From the NCBI GenBank assembly GCA_003139545.1, contig PLJC01000008.1:22874-86873 (forward strand): a DNA stretch of 64,000 nucleotides, read 5' to 3'. Source of the DNA: Actinomycetota bacterium (lineage in GTDB: Bacteria > Actinomycetota > Thermoleophilia > Gaiellales > Gaiellaceae). The stretch's first letter is position 1. The number at the start of each line of letters is the position of its first letter. Of the stretch, positions 43,134 through 53,423 are shown piece by piece. Under the pieces are notes generated by a model. The model ran no database searches and was not told the origin of the DNA. It saw nothing but the letters and a program-made list of their open reading frames with translations. The position numbers and the translations under genes are program-made.

Positions 43134-43649
43134 TCAGTCCCCGGGATTCTCCGGCGTCCCCGGACGTCCTGCTGGGAACATCTCCTTGAATCGGCGGGCG
43201 ACCGGCTCCGGCACGAGATCGGAGATGTCGCCGCCGAAGGCTGCGATCTCCTTCACCCCGCTGGACGAGACAAAGCTCACATTCGGGCCGGCCATCACGT
43301 ACATCGTCTCGACGTCGGGCGCGAGGTGCCGGTTGAGCTGGTTCATCTGGAACTCCCACTCGAAGTCCGACATGACGCGCAGGCCCTTCACGATCGCTTT
43401 CGCCTCCCACCGGTGCGCGAAGTCGACGACGAGCTCGCGGAAGACGTCGATCTCCACGTTCGGCAAGTGCGCAAGCGCGGCATGGAGGAACTCGACGCGC
43501 TCCTCGACCGTGAACATCGGCTGTTTGTGGCGCGGCTCGCCGACCACGCCGACGACGACGCGGTCGAAGATGCCGGCTGCGCGGCCGATCACGTCGACGT
43601 GACCGTTCGTCACCGGGTCGTACGAGCCGGGACAGATCGCGGTGATCAC
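43134..43649 (-). CDS. coaD: phosphopantetheine adenylyltransferase
   Basis: 171 aa from GTG 43649 (GTGA overlap with the rsmD stop). CPGSYDPVTNGHVDVI, SSSGVKE. Confidence 0.95.
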   Translation of the reverse strand: MITAICPGSYDPVTNGHVDVIGRAAGIFDRVVVGVVGEPRHKQPMFTVEERVEFLHAALAHLPNVEIDVFRELVVDFAHRWEAKAIVKGLRVMSDFEWEFQMNQLNRHLAPDVETMYVMAGPNVSFVSSSGVKEIAAFGGDISDLVPEPVARRFKEMFPAGRPGTPENPGD

Positions 43650-44176
43650 TTCTCGTACACCGTCACGCGCGTCTGACCGTACTTCCGCGAGGTGCGTTCC
43701 TCGAGCGGCAGCTCCGGTTGCGTGCGCGCATCCGTCTCGACGACGAGCATCCCGTCGTCCTCGAGGATGGCGGGGAGATAACGCGCAAGCTGGGGCTGGA
43801 GGTCGGTGTACATGTCGTACGGGGGGTCGACGAGGACGAGATCGTACTTCCTGCCTGCGGAGGCTTCGGCGGAGAGCACCGCGATCGCGTCGCGGCGCAG
43901 GACGGTCGCCTGCAGCTTGAGCTTGTCGAGGTTCCGCTCGATCGCGCGCACGGCGTCCCCGTCCGACTCGACGAAGACCGCCCGCGCGGCGCCGCGCGAG
44001 AGCGCCTCGAGCCCCATCGCGCCCGAGCCGGCGTAGAGGTCGAGGACGGCCGCGCCATCCACGGGGCCGACGATGTTGAACACGTTCTCGCGCACGCGAT
44101 CCGAGGTCGGACGGGTGTCCTGCCCCGCCGGAGCGTTGATGGTGTGGCCCCTGTGGGAGCCGGCGATGATCCGCAC
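43646..44176 (-). CDS. rsmD: 16S rRNA (guanine966-N2)-methyltransferase RsmD
   Basis: MRIIAGSHRG, DLYAGSGAMGLEALSRGA, LVDPPY. Confidence 0.9.
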   Translation of the reverse strand: MRIIAGSHRGHTINAPAGQDTRPTSDRVRENVFNIVGPVDGAAVLDLYAGSGAMGLEALSRGAARAVFVESDGDAVRAIERNLDKLKLQATVLRRDAIAVLSAEASAGRKYDLVLVDPPYDMYTDLQPQLARYLPAILEDDGMLVVETDARTQPELPLEERTSRKYGQTRVTVYEK

Positions 44177-44185
44177 GCGCGAAGC

Positions 44186-45079
44186 TTATGGATACGCGAG
44201 GCAGGCGTCGTGCGACGACGGCGCGACGCGCACCTTCTCGAGCACGCGTCCGTTCGCATCGAGGACGCACAGCGTCCCCTCGTCGAGCGACGGCGTGAGC
44301 ACACGGCCCGCCGCGAACTGCACGTTGTAGGAGCCAACGGGGATCCGCGTCGTCGTCAGGAGCCGCGCGGTCGGCTCGTGGTAGACGCGCAGCGTCCCGG
44401 ACGCGCCGCTCGTCACATACGCGCGGTCGCCGAGGAACGTCACGTGCTGCGGCGCGCCGTCCGCCGGAAGCGTCGGCCCGCCGTGCACTGCGATCGTGCT
44501 CGCCTCGCCGCCGGTGATCCACGCGCGCCCGCTGGGCGCGAAGCCGACGTCGTGCGCAAGAAACGGCGGCTTGACAGTCGCCGTGTGCCGCGGCCGGGCC
44601 GGGTCGGAGACGTCCACGACCGCGATCGCGTTCGAGGCAGTCCCGAGCCCAACCCACAGCGTGCGTCCGTCCGGCGCAAGTGACACATGACGCGGCCACT
44701 GCGACAGCTTCACGCGGCCGACGACGACGCCGCGCAGGACGTCGATCGCGACGAGCTCCGTGTGCCCCGAGTCGCTCACGAACGCGTGCCGGCCGTCGTG
44801 CGCGGCGGCGGTGTAGCGAGGCTCCCCAAATCCCTCGATCACATGCCGCTCGAGCACAGTCACGCGACCGGTAACGGTGTGCGCGACGACGGCATGGTCG
44901 CCGACGCGCTCGATGCTGAACGGCGACGGCGCCGTCGGGATGCGGCGATAGACGTGCCCGGTCGTCATCCCGACGAGAACAACCTGCGACTCCGTGTCGG
45001 CCGTGACGTACGCGAGCGGCTCGTGCGCGAGGACGGCCGGAGCCGCCGCAATGGCGAGAAGGAACTGACGCCGGTCCAC
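44186..45079 (-). CDS. secreted beta-propeller repeat protein (YncE/lactonase-like)
   Basis: 297 aa from GTG 45079. Tat-like N-terminus VDRRQFLLAIAAAPAVLA, then repeated ...H.V.F.PDG... blades. Confidence 0.7.
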   Translation of the reverse strand: MDRRQFLLAIAAAPAVLAHEPLAYVTADTESQVVLVGMTTGHVYRRIPTAPSPFSIERVGDHAVVAHTVTGRVTVLERHVIEGFGEPRYTAAAHDGRHAFVSDSGHTELVAIDVLRGVVVGRVKLSQWPRHVSLAPDGRTLWVGLGTASNAIAVVDVSDPARPRHTATVKPPFLAHDVGFAPSGRAWITGGEASTIAVHGGPTLPADGAPQHVTFLGDRAYVTSGASGTLRVYHEPTARLLTTTRIPVGSYNVQFAAGRVLTPSLDEGTLCVLDANGRVLEKVRVAPSSHDACLAYP

Positions 45080-45091
45080 CCTGTCTATACG

Positions 45092-46312
45092 GTGCCGCGC
45101 GTGGAAACGGTCCCTCTTCGGAAGAACCGCGACTTCGTCCTGCTCCAGGCAGGCCAGCTGCTGTCGAACGTCGGGACGCAGGTGACGCAGATCGCGTACC
45201 CGTTGCTCGTGCTCGCGCTCACGCACTCGCCGGCGAAAGCCGGGATCGTCGCCTTCGCGCGCGCCCTTCCGCTCTGGCTGTTCGCGCTTCCCGCCGGGCT
45301 CGCGGCCGACCGGTTCAGCCGGAAGCGGATCATGATCGTCTCCGACGTCGTCCGTACCGCGACCGTGACCGCGCTCGGCGTCGGCCTGGTCCTCCATCAC
45401 GTCGCCTTCTGGGAGATCCCGATCGTCGCGTTCGTCGAGGGCGCCGGCGCGGCGCTCTTCGGCGGCGCACAGATGGGAGCGATGCGCTCGGTCGTCCCGA
45501 GGCCGCAACTCCCAATGGCGACGAACGTCCTCACCGCCCGCACGGCGATCGTGCGGCTCGCCGGGCCGCCACTCGGCGGCGTCCTCTTCGGCTTCGGCCG
45601 CGCGCTGCCGTTCCTCGCGGATGCCGGCTCCTACGCGGCGTCGACCGGGTCGCTCCTCGCGATGCGCACGCGGTTCGAGGAGGAGCGCGAGCGCGAGTCC
45701 GCGCCGATCGTGCACAGCCTGCTGGAGGGCTTCCGCTTCCTCTGGTCGAGCCCGTTCCTGCGGACGATCGTCGGCATCTTCACCCTGGCGCAGATCGTCT
45801 TCCCCGGCGTGTCGCTCGCGCTCGTCGTCATCGCCAAGCGGCAAGGGCTTTCGGGCGCAGAGATCGGTGCGCTCGTCGCCGTCTTCGGCGCCGCTCTCCT
45901 GGTTGGCTCTGCGATCTCGCCGTTCATGCGCACACTGCTCCCGTCGCGGGCGCTCATCGTGCTCGAGTTCTGGACGTGGGCCGGCTGCGCGCTCTTTCTC
46001 ATCTGGCCGAGCGTCTATGTGCTGACGGCGAGCCTCATCCCCACGGCGCTCGCGATTCCGACAACCGACTCGATCGTCTGGCCGTACCAGCTCTCGCTCA
46101 CGCCGGACCGGCTGATCGGCCGCACGACGGCGGCGGTCAGCGCCCTGACCGGCGGCACCGCCGCGCTCGGGCCGCTCGTGGCCGGACTCCTGCTCGCAAC
46201 CGTCTCCGCTCGCGCGACGATCGCCGTGTTCGCGGCGTTCGGCGTGGCGATGGCCGTCTGGGGGACGCTCAGCCCAGCGATTCGAGCAGCGCCGGCGATC
46301 GACGAGCTATAG
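45092..46312 (+). CDS. MFS transporter
   Basis: About 406 aa from GTG 45092. FVLLQAGQLLSNVGTQ, GLAADRFSRKRIM, 12 hydrophobic segments. Confidence 0.85.
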   Translation: MPRVETVPLRKNRDFVLLQAGQLLSNVGTQVTQIAYPLLVLALTHSPAKAGIVAFARALPLWLFALPAGLAADRFSRKRIMIVSDVVRTATVTALGVGLVLHHVAFWEIPIVAFVEGAGAALFGGAQMGAMRSVVPRPQLPMATNVLTARTAIVRLAGPPLGGVLFGFGRALPFLADAGSYAASTGSLLAMRTRFEEERERESAPIVHSLLEGFRFLWSSPFLRTIVGIFTLAQIVFPGVSLALVVIAKRQGLSGAEIGALVAVFGAALLVGSAISPFMRTLLPSRALIVLEFWTWAGCALFLIWPSVYVLTASLIPTALAIPTTDSIVWPYQLSLTPDRLIGRTTAAVSALTGGTAALGPLVAGLLLATVSARATIAVFAAFGVAMAVWGTLSPAIRAAPAIDEL

Positions 46313-48302
46313 CGCGCGCCTGCTCGAGCAACGCCCGGTCACGCTTGAAGTTGGCGAAGCGGAGGTCCGACATCCCGGACTGGCGCGTGCCGAGCAGCTG
46401 GCCGGTGCTGCGCAGGTCGAGGTCGACCTCGGCGAGCTCGAAGCCGTCCGTCGTCGCGACGAGCGCGTCGAGGCGCTTCTGTGCCGACTCCGTGAGCTCC
46501 TCCGTCGGCCGGGAGACGAGGACGCAGAACGACTGCTCGGCGCCGCGGCCGACACGTCCGCGCAGCTGGTGGAGCTGGGCGAGGCCGAAGCGGTCGGCCT
46601 CCTGCACGATCATCACGGTCGCGTTCGGCACGTCCACGCCGACCTCGATCACGGTCGTCGCGACGAGAACGTCGATCTCCCCCGCCTTGAAGCGCGCCAT
46701 CGTCGTGCGCCGCTCCGCCGCCTTCTGGCGGCCGTGCACGCATCCGACGCGGAAGTCACGCAGCTCCGCCCGCTGCAGCCGCTCGGCTTCCTCCTCCGCC
46801 GCTCGAGCGCGCGAGGTCTCCGACTGCTCGATGAGCGGACAGACGACGTACGCCTGGCGGCCTTCGCGCAACAGGCGCGTCAGACGCGTATACGCCTCCG
46901 ACGCGCGCTCCTCGCCGATGTGCGAGGTGACCACCGGCTTGCGCGACGCCGGCGGCTTCGCGATCTCCGACACGGCGAGGTCGCCGTAGATCGTCAGCGC
47001 AAGCGTGCGCGGGATCGGTGTCGCCGTCATGTGCAACACGTGCGGCCCGCGCCCCTGGGCGAGCGCCTGCCGTTGCTCCACGCCGAAGCGGTGTTGCTCG
47101 TCGACGACGGCGACCGCGAGATCGCGTAGCTCGACGCCCTCCTGAATGAGCGCGTGCGTGCCGACGACGACGTCGGCGCCGAGCGCACTCACACGGTCGC
47201 GCTTCGGAGTCGCGTTCGTGAGCAAGCCGCACGACACGCCGAGCGCGAGGCACAGATCCGAGACGGTGTTGAAGTGCTGTTCGGCGAGCGTCTCCGTCGG
47301 GGCCATGAGCGCGCCCTGCCTCCCGTTCTCGACCGCGCGCAGCAATGCGTACAACGCGACGACGGTCTTGCCGGAGCCGACGTCGCCCTGCAAGAGGCGC
47401 TGCATCGGCACGGTGCGCGTGAGGTCGGCGTCGATCTCGCGGATGGCCTGCTCCTGGTATGGCGTCAACGCGAACGGGAGGGATTTGCGATAGCGGACGA
47501 TCAGGTCTCCCGCCTCGCCGAGTGATGGTGCGAGCGTGCGCTCGCGCTCGGCGGCGCGGCGCGCGATGCCGATCTGGAGCAGCAGCAGCTCGTCGAACGC
47601 GAGCCGCCTCCGGCCGATCTCCGCCTCGTCCTCGCTCTGCGGCCGGTGGATGACCGCGAGCGCGTCGCGCTTGAGCGGCATCGACTCGTCGGCGCGGAGC
47701 GCCGCCGGCAGCGGATCGAAATAGTCGGAGACGTGCGGGAGCGCCGCTTCGACGACGCGGCGCACGGTCTTCGCCGCGATCTCCTCAGCTGCGGGATACA
47801 CCGGCGCGAAGTCGGCGGTCGCGCGAGCCTCGCCGAGATCGTACGAGCGCACGTCGAAGCCGTAGCGACCGGTCTTCCCGCGCAACCGGACACGCATTCC
47901 GGGCTTCAGCTGGTCGGCGATCCAGGGCTGGTTGAACCACGTGGCGCCGATGGTCGCCGTGCCGTCGGAGACGCGCGCGGTGACGAGCGTGCGCCGCCCC
48001 CGCAGCGGGCGCTTCGAGACGTTGAGGACGTCGCCGACGATCACGACCTCCTCGTCGCCGTGCAGCTCGGCGATCGCGACCTCGTCGGCCGCGTTCTCGT
48101 AGCGGCGGGGCACGTGCTCGAGCAGGTCGCGCACCGTGCCGATGCCGAGGCTCGCGAGCTTCCGCCTCAGCGTCGCGCCGACGCCGGGAAGGGAGTCGAG
48201 CGACGCCTCCAACCGCTGCGGGCGGGGCCTCCCACGGGTCGCCGGCCAGGCCGGTGGTTGGTCCAGCCTTGCAAACGCCGTCTGTCGACGGGTCTCGGTC
48301 AT
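46269..48302 (-). CDS. recG: ATP-dependent DNA helicase RecG
   Basis: 677 aa from ATG 48302. Wedge domain, GDVGSGKT, DEQHRFG, TATPIPRT, QLHQLRGRVGRG. Confidence 0.95.
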   Translation of the reverse strand: MTETRRQTAFARLDQPPAWPATRGRPRPQRLEASLDSLPGVGATLRRKLASLGIGTVRDLLEHVPRRYENAADEVAIAELHGDEEVVIVGDVLNVSKRPLRGRRTLVTARVSDGTATIGATWFNQPWIADQLKPGMRVRLRGKTGRYGFDVRSYDLGEARATADFAPVYPAAEEIAAKTVRRVVEAALPHVSDYFDPLPAALRADESMPLKRDALAVIHRPQSEDEAEIGRRRLAFDELLLLQIGIARRAAERERTLAPSLGEAGDLIVRYRKSLPFALTPYQEQAIREIDADLTRTVPMQRLLQGDVGSGKTVVALYALLRAVENGRQGALMAPTETLAEQHFNTVSDLCLALGVSCGLLTNATPKRDRVSALGADVVVGTHALIQEGVELRDLAVAVVDEQHRFGVEQRQALAQGRGPHVLHMTATPIPRTLALTIYGDLAVSEIAKPPASRKPVVTSHIGEERASEAYTRLTRLLREGRQAYVVCPLIEQSETSRARAAEEEAERLQRAELRDFRVGCVHGRQKAAERRTTMARFKAGEIDVLVATTVIEVGVDVPNATVMIVQEADRFGLAQLHQLRGRVGRGAEQSFCVLVSRPTEELTESAQKRLDALVATTDGFELAEVDLDLRSTGQLLGTRQSGMSDLRFANFKRDRALLEQARAIARRSPALLESLG

Positions 48303-48351
48303 CGTGCTCAGCGCCAGAGCGAGAGTGACACTAAAAGCCGGACCGGACGGA

Positions 48352-49197
48352 CTAGATGTCGGTGAACCAAAAGAGGCCGACGGTCCCGGGCCCTGCGTGC
48401 GTGCCGATGACCGCGCCCAGCTCCGTCTCGACCTCGAGCGTCGCCTGCGGCCGCAGGTCGCGGACCATCTTCGCGAGCTCGGCCGCGCGCTCGGGAGCAT
48501 CCGCGTGCGCCGTGCCGAAGCGCAGAGCAGGACTGTCGATCGTTCCTTCGACTTCGTCGACGAACTCCTGGAATGCCTTCCGGTTTCCGCGCACTCGCTT
48601 GACCGGGATCACCTCGCCGTTGCGGATGGACAGGATCGGCTTGACGTGCAGCAGCTCGCCGGCGAACGCCCTCGCACGCCCGATGCGTCCGCCGCGCGCA
48701 AGGAACTCGAGCGTGTCGACGGTGAAAAGCATCGCATGGTCGTCCTTGTACCGCGCCACGAGCTCGTACACCTCTTCGTCCGTCGTGCCGCGCTCAAGCC
48801 GCCGCTGGATCGCGAGCGCGAGCATTGTGATCGCGACCGACGCGGTCTCCGTGTCGATCGTCCGAACGCGGTCGTCGGCCGCGAGGTTCGCGCTCTCATA
48901 CGTGCCGGAGAGGGTCGCCCCGATGTGAAGCGAGAAGATGCGCTCATACGAGCCAAGCTCGTCGTACATGGCCTTGAAGTCGCCCGGCGTCGGCTGCGAG
49001 GTCGTCGGCGTCGCCTGCGTCGTGCGAAGGCGCTCGTAGAACTGCGTCGCAGTCATCTCGACGCCGTCCCGGTAGCTCTCGGTGCCGAAGTTGACATAGA
49101 GCGGGACGACGCGCCAGTTCGGGAAGCGATCGGCTGCATCGGGAAAGTCCGCCGTCGAGTCGAGGACGATCGCCGTGTTCGCGGCGTTCAGATTCAC
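48352..49197 (-). CDS. DegV-family fatty-acid-binding protein
   Basis: 281 aa from GTG 49197 (GTGA overlap). TAIVLDSTADFP, TSQPTPGDF, SLHIGATLSGTY. Confidence 0.9.
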   Translation of the reverse strand: MNLNAANTAIVLDSTADFPDAADRFPNWRVVPLYVNFGTESYRDGVEMTATQFYERLRTTQATPTTSQPTPGDFKAMYDELGSYERIFSLHIGATLSGTYESANLAADDRVRTIDTETASVAITMLALAIQRRLERGTTDEEVYELVARYKDDHAMLFTVDTLEFLARGGRIGRARAFAGELLHVKPILSIRNGEVIPVKRVRGNRKAFQEFVDEVEGTIDSPALRFGTAHADAPERAAELAKMVRDLRPQATLEVETELGAVIGTHAGPGTVGLFWFTDI

Positions 49198-49574
49198 GTG
49201 CGTCCGTTGGCGGCGTTCTTGATCGCGTCGACGATCTCCTCCAGCTCCTGGTCCTTGCGCAGGCACGCGGTCGCCCCGGCCTCCCGCAACGCGTTGATCT
49301 CATGTCCGCCAGCGGAGGCGGTGAGGCACACGACCGCAGTCTGCGGGCACGCGGCGAGCACCGCCCGCGTGGCCTGCACGCCGTCGAGGCCCGGGAGGCG
49401 GTAGTCCATCAGCACGACGTCGGGCCGGTGCTCGACGGTCGCGGGAACGGCAGCGCCGCCGTCACCGACCGACGCGACCACGTCGATGTCGTCGCGAAGC
49501 GAGAACAACAGCTCGAGCGCTTCGCGGAACACCGCATTGTCCTCCACGAGGAGGATCCGCACGGGCGCCACCAC
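49194..49574 (-). CDS. stand-alone response-regulator receiver domain protein
   Basis: ILLVEDN, VVLMDYRLPGLDG, CLTAS. No output domain. Confidence 0.85.
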   Translation of the reverse strand: MVAPVRILLVEDNAVFREALELLFSLRDDIDVVASVGDGGAAVPATVEHRPDVVLMDYRLPGLDGVQATRAVLAACPQTAVVCLTASAGGHEINALREAGATACLRKDQELEEIVDAIKNAANGRT

Positions 49575-49585
49575 TGCTACGGAGA

Positions 49586-50977
49586 TTACTCTGCGGAGAG
49601 AAGGAGCGGGTAGTGCGGCTGTCCGCCGTCCTGCACGTCGACGTCGAGGTCCGGATGCGCGGCGGCGATGCGTTCGACGAGCTCCTCGAGTGGAGGCGCG
49701 TCCAACCCGGCGAGCAGCGTGAGCAGGTCGCGCGGCTCTGCCAGCAGCCGTTCGGCGACGGCGGCGGCGACCTCCTCGAAGTCGGTGCCGCCCGCGACCG
49801 GCTCCCCCGCGGCGAGGACGATGTTGGAGTTGTTCGGCAGGAGGATCGCCTCCTCCGAGGCGAGCGACTGCACGGCGGTGAGCAGGTCGGCGGTGGACGG
49901 GTTCATCGTCTGCCCGCCCTCGACGATCGCGATCGGCCCCATCCCCTGCGCGAGCGTCTCGAACAGGCGCCGGTTGCCCTCGCCGGCGACGACGGCCACG
50001 ACGCCCGTGGCGGCGGGCTCCGCCGGCGGGTCCGGGACGGCGGCGAGCAAGCGCTCCTCACGCTGCTGCGTCTGCTCGTGCATGTTCGCGATCTCGATCC
50101 GGTCGATGGTGCCGACCTCCGTGCCGAGCGAGAGAGCGGCGCCCGGGTCGTCGGTGTGCAGGTGCGCCTTCAGCGCGTTCTCGTCGCCGACGACGAGCAG
50201 TGAGTCGCCGAGCTGCTCGAGCTTCGCCTCGAGGGCGTCACGGTCGAGGTCGTGCCCCTCGACGAGGAAGACGGTGCAGTAGCGGTACGGAGACAGCTCC
50301 TGGTGGACGGCCTCGAAGCTGAGCCCTGCCTCAGCCGCGCGAGGAGGCGGCAACGGCTCTCCGCTCACCGTCGCGGCAACCCCGCGCACGAGCTCGAGCA
50401 ATCCCGCCCCGCCCGCGTCGACGACGCCTGCGTCGCGGAGCACCTGCAGCTGCTCCGGCGTCCGCGCGACCGCGATCTCGCCACGGCGGACGAGCTCGAT
50501 GAGCAGGTCGCCGATGGCAGGGCCTTCGAGCGCGCGCGCCTCCGCCTCCTCCGCAAGCTCGCGGATCACCGACAGCATCGTTCCCTCGACCGGCCTGCGC
50601 ACCGCGCGGTACGCGGCGTCGGACGCGCCGCGCAGCGCGAGCGCCGCGGAGTTCGCGTCGATGCGCGGCAAGTCCGTCTCACCGAGGACGTCGGCGGCGC
50701 CGCGCACGATCTGCGAGAAGATCACGCCGCTGTTGCCGCGCGCGCCCATGAGCGCGCCGCGCGCGATGTCGCGCGCAAGCGACTGCCGGCTCGCGGCCGA
50801 GGTCTGCTCGACCGCCTCGGAGACGGCACGCACGGTCATCGTCAGGTTCGTCCCCGTGTCGCCGTCCGGCACGGGATAGACGTTGAGATCGTCGATGCGC
50901 TGCCGGCTCGCCTCCAGCGAGGCGAGCGCGCCGTCGACGATCTTCTGGAGGACTTCCAGATCTCCGTTGAGGTTCAC
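49586..50977 (-). CDS. DAK2-domain fusion protein (YloV family)
   Basis: DLNVYPVPDGDTGTNL, ARGNSGVI. Confidence 0.85.
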   Translation of the reverse strand: MNLNGDLEVLQKIVDGALASLEASRQRIDDLNVYPVPDGDTGTNLTMTVRAVSEAVEQTSAASRQSLARDIARGALMGARGNSGVIFSQIVRGAADVLGETDLPRIDANSAALALRGASDAAYRAVRRPVEGTMLSVIRELAEEAEARALEGPAIGDLLIELVRRGEIAVARTPEQLQVLRDAGVVDAGGAGLLELVRGVAATVSGEPLPPPRAAEAGLSFEAVHQELSPYRYCTVFLVEGHDLDRDALEAKLEQLGDSLLVVGDENALKAHLHTDDPGAALSLGTEVGTIDRIEIANMHEQTQQREERLLAAVPDPPAEPAATGVVAVVAGEGNRRLFETLAQGMGPIAIVEGGQTMNPSTADLLTAVQSLASEEAILLPNNSNIVLAAGEPVAGGTDFEEVAAAVAERLLAEPRDLLTLLAGLDAPPLEELVERIAAAHPDLDVDVQDGGQPHYPLLLSAE

Positions 50978-51306
50978 TTCGGTCTCCGCACGTCGTCAAT
51001 GTGCACTTCGACGGCGCGGATTGGAAGCCCTGTCATGCGGGAGACCTCATATGAGACCCGGTTTCGGATCGTCGACGCCACCTCGGCGAGGTTGAGGCCG
51101 TACTCGACGACGACGTGCAGGTCGATCGTCACCTCGTCGCCGTCGCGGCCGACCTCGATCCCCTTGCGCACGCGCTCGGGCAGCCATTTCGGGCCTGCCA
51201 TGGCAACCACGCCGTAACACTCGCGAGCGGTCTCGCCCACGATGTGCTCGATCGCCGCGTTCGCGATCGTGATCCGGCCGAGAGGAGAGGAGGACACCGC
51301 CTGCAC
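50974..51306 (-). CDS. Asp23/Gls24-family envelope stress protein
   Basis: IANAAIEHIVGETARECYGVV...VEVHIDDV. Confidence 0.85.
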   Translation of the reverse strand: MQAVSSSPLGRITIANAAIEHIVGETARECYGVVAMAGPKWLPERVRKGIEVGRDGDEVTIDLHVVVEYGLNLAEVASTIRNRVSYEVSRMTGLPIRAVEVHIDDVRRPK

Positions 51307-51347
51307 CAGCGGGTTGGACGACCCGCCGACGCTCAGAGTTGCGGCGT

Positions 51348-51539
51348 CTAGACGGCTTTTTGGACTTTGCCGGCCTTGAGGCAGCGCGTGCAGACGTACG
51401 CCCGCGTCGCCTTCCCGTTCAGGATCATGCGGACGTGCTGCAGGTTCGGGTCGAAGCGGCGCTTCGTCGCCACCATCGAATGACTCCGGTGGTTCCCGAA
51501 TCCCGGCTTCTTCCCACAGATTGAGCAGACCTTCGACAT
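51348..51539 (-). CDS. rpmB: 50S ribosomal protein L28
   Basis: 63 aa from ATG 51539. [34 protein letters not shown]. Confidence 0.95.
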   Translation of the reverse strand: MSKVCSICGKKPGFGNHRSHSMVATKRRFDPNLQHVRMILNGKATRAYVCTRCLKAGKVQKAV

Positions 51540-51558
51540 CGGCGGGGCAGTGTAGCGA

Positions 51559-52200
51559 CTACGACGCTTTGGCGGTCGCGCGCAGCTGGTTGAAGAGGTC
51601 GGCCATCTCGAGCGCGGTGCGTACGGCCTCTGCGCCCTTGTCGGCGCGAGCCATGGCCTGCTCGAGCGTGTTCGTCGTGAGGACGCCGAACGCGACCGGG
51701 ACGCCGGTCTCGAGGGCGGCGAGCTGGAGACCCGACGCCGCCTCGCCGGCGACGTACTCGAAGTGGGCCGTCTCGCCCCGGATGACGCAGCCGAGCGCGA
51801 CGATCGCGACATAGCGGCGCGTCTTCGCCAGGGCCATGGCGCCGAGGGGCAGCTCGAACGCTCCGGGCACCGGCATCACGGTCACGTGCTCGCGCTCGAT
51901 CCCGGCACGGTCGAGCTCCGCGAGCGCCGACTCGAGCAGCCGGTTCGTCACGTCGCCGTTGAAACGGGAGAGCACGATCGCGATGCGCTTCCGCGTCCCG
52001 TGCGGCGAGCCCTCGACGACGTCGAGCCCGTCCGGAATGTCGAGCGCGCCGGGCGCGTGGCCCGCGAGCTGCTCCGGCTCCTCGACGACGGCCGGCTCCT
52101 CGCCGGTGTCGTCTTCCCGAACCTCGACCTCCTCCTCGGCCTCGACTTCGGCCGCGACGAGTTGCTCGCCGGGCCAGTGCTCGCCGCTCTCGTCGCTCAC
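51559..52200 (-). CDS. ribH: 6,7-dimethyl-8-ribityllumazine synthase with a ~60-aa acidic N-terminal extension
   Basis: Core [18 protein letters not shown]...VPGAFELP...[16 protein letters not shown]. The only canonical in-frame start is GTG 52200 (GTGA overlap with the ribBA stop). Confidence 0.9.
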   Translation of the reverse strand: MSDESGEHWPGEQLVAAEVEAEEEVEVREDDTGEEPAVVEEPEQLAGHAPGALDIPDGLDVVEGSPHGTRKRIAIVLSRFNGDVTNRLLESALAELDRAGIEREHVTVMPVPGAFELPLGAMALAKTRRYVAIVALGCVIRGETAHFEYVAGEAASGLQLAALETGVPVAFGVLTTNTLEQAMARADKGAEAVRTALEMADLFNQLRATAKAS

Positions 52201-53423
52201 TCGTCCTCCTCGAACCGCAGTCCCTGATGGTGCAGGCCGTGGCCGAGCTTATCCCGCTTGGCGGCCAGATACCGCCGGTTCTCCGGATGGGGCTGCATCT
52301 CGATCGGCACCTGCTCCGTCACTTCCAGCCCGAACGCCTGCAGCCCGGACACCTTCTTCGGGTTGTTCGTCAGCAATCGAATGGTCGTGAGCCCGAGCTC
52401 ACTGAGGATCTGGTTGCCGATCCCCCACTCCCGCTCGTCGGCGGCGAAGCCGAGCGCAAGGTTGGCGTCGACCGTGTCGAGACCGCCCTCCTGCAGCTCG
52501 TACGCCTTCAGCTTGTTGAGCAGTCCGATGCCGCGACCCTCCTGCGCCATGTACAGGAGGACGCCGCGCGGCTCGTCGGCGATGAGCTTCATCGCCGCGT
52601 CGAGCTGCTCGCCGCAGTCGCAGCGAAGCGAATGGAAGACGTCGCCGGTGAGGCATTCCGAGTGCACGCGCACGAGCACGTTCTCCTCGCCGTCGACGTC
52701 GCCGCGCACGAGCGCGACGTGCTGCTTGCCGGTAAGCGTCTCCCTGAACAGCACCGCATCGAAGTCGCCATAGGCTGTCGGGAGCCGGACAGTGATCTCG
52801 CGCTCGACGAGCTTCTCATGCCGGCGGCGGTACTCGATCAGGTCGGCGACGGTCACGAGCTTCATGTCGTGGCGCGCGCAGAACTCGATCAGGTCGGGGA
52901 CGCGCGCCATCGTCCCGTCGTCCTTCATCACCTCGCAGATCACGCCCGCGGGGATGAGCCCTGCGAGCCGCGCGAAGTCGACGGCCGCTTCCGTCTGGCC
53001 CGCGCGCTGGAGGACGCCGCCGTCGCGCGCACGGAGCGGGAACACGTGACCGGGCTGCACGAGGTCGGAGCTGTCCTTCGAGGGATCGATCGCGACCTGG
53101 ATCGTGCGCGCGCGATCCTGCGCGGAGATGCCGGTCGAGATTCCCTCGCGCGCCTCGATCGAGACGGTGAACGCCGTGCCGTAGGGCGTCTCGTTGCGCT
53201 CGGTCATCATGCGCAGGCCAAGCGCGTCGCACCGCTCGCCGGTGAGGCCGAGACAGATGAGGCCGCGCCCCTCCTTCGCCATGAAGTTGATCGCCTCCGG
53301 CGTAGCGAACTGCGCGGCGATGGTCAGGTCGCCCTCGTTCTCGCGGTCGTCGGCGTCGACGACGACCACCATCCGCCCGGCGCGGATCTCCTCGATTCCT
53401 TCCTCAACGCTCGCGAAGCTCAT
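52197..53423 (-). CDS. ribBA: bifunctional 3,4-dihydroxy-2-butanone-4-phosphate synthase / GTP cyclohydrolase II
   Basis: 408 aa from ATG 53423. [35 protein letters not shown]. Confidence 0.95.
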   Translation of the reverse strand: MSFASVEEGIEEIRAGRMVVVVDADDRENEGDLTIAAQFATPEAINFMAKEGRGLICLGLTGERCDALGLRMMTERNETPYGTAFTVSIEAREGISTGISAQDRARTIQVAIDPSKDSSDLVQPGHVFPLRARDGGVLQRAGQTEAAVDFARLAGLIPAGVICEVMKDDGTMARVPDLIEFCARHDMKLVTVADLIEYRRRHEKLVEREITVRLPTAYGDFDAVLFRETLTGKQHVALVRGDVDGEENVLVRVHSECLTGDVFHSLRCDCGEQLDAAMKLIADEPRGVLLYMAQEGRGIGLLNKLKAYELQEGGLDTVDANLALGFAADEREWGIGNQILSELGLTTIRLLTNNPKKVSGLQAFGLEVTEQVPIEMQPHPENRRYLAAKRDKLGHGLHHQGLRFEEDE

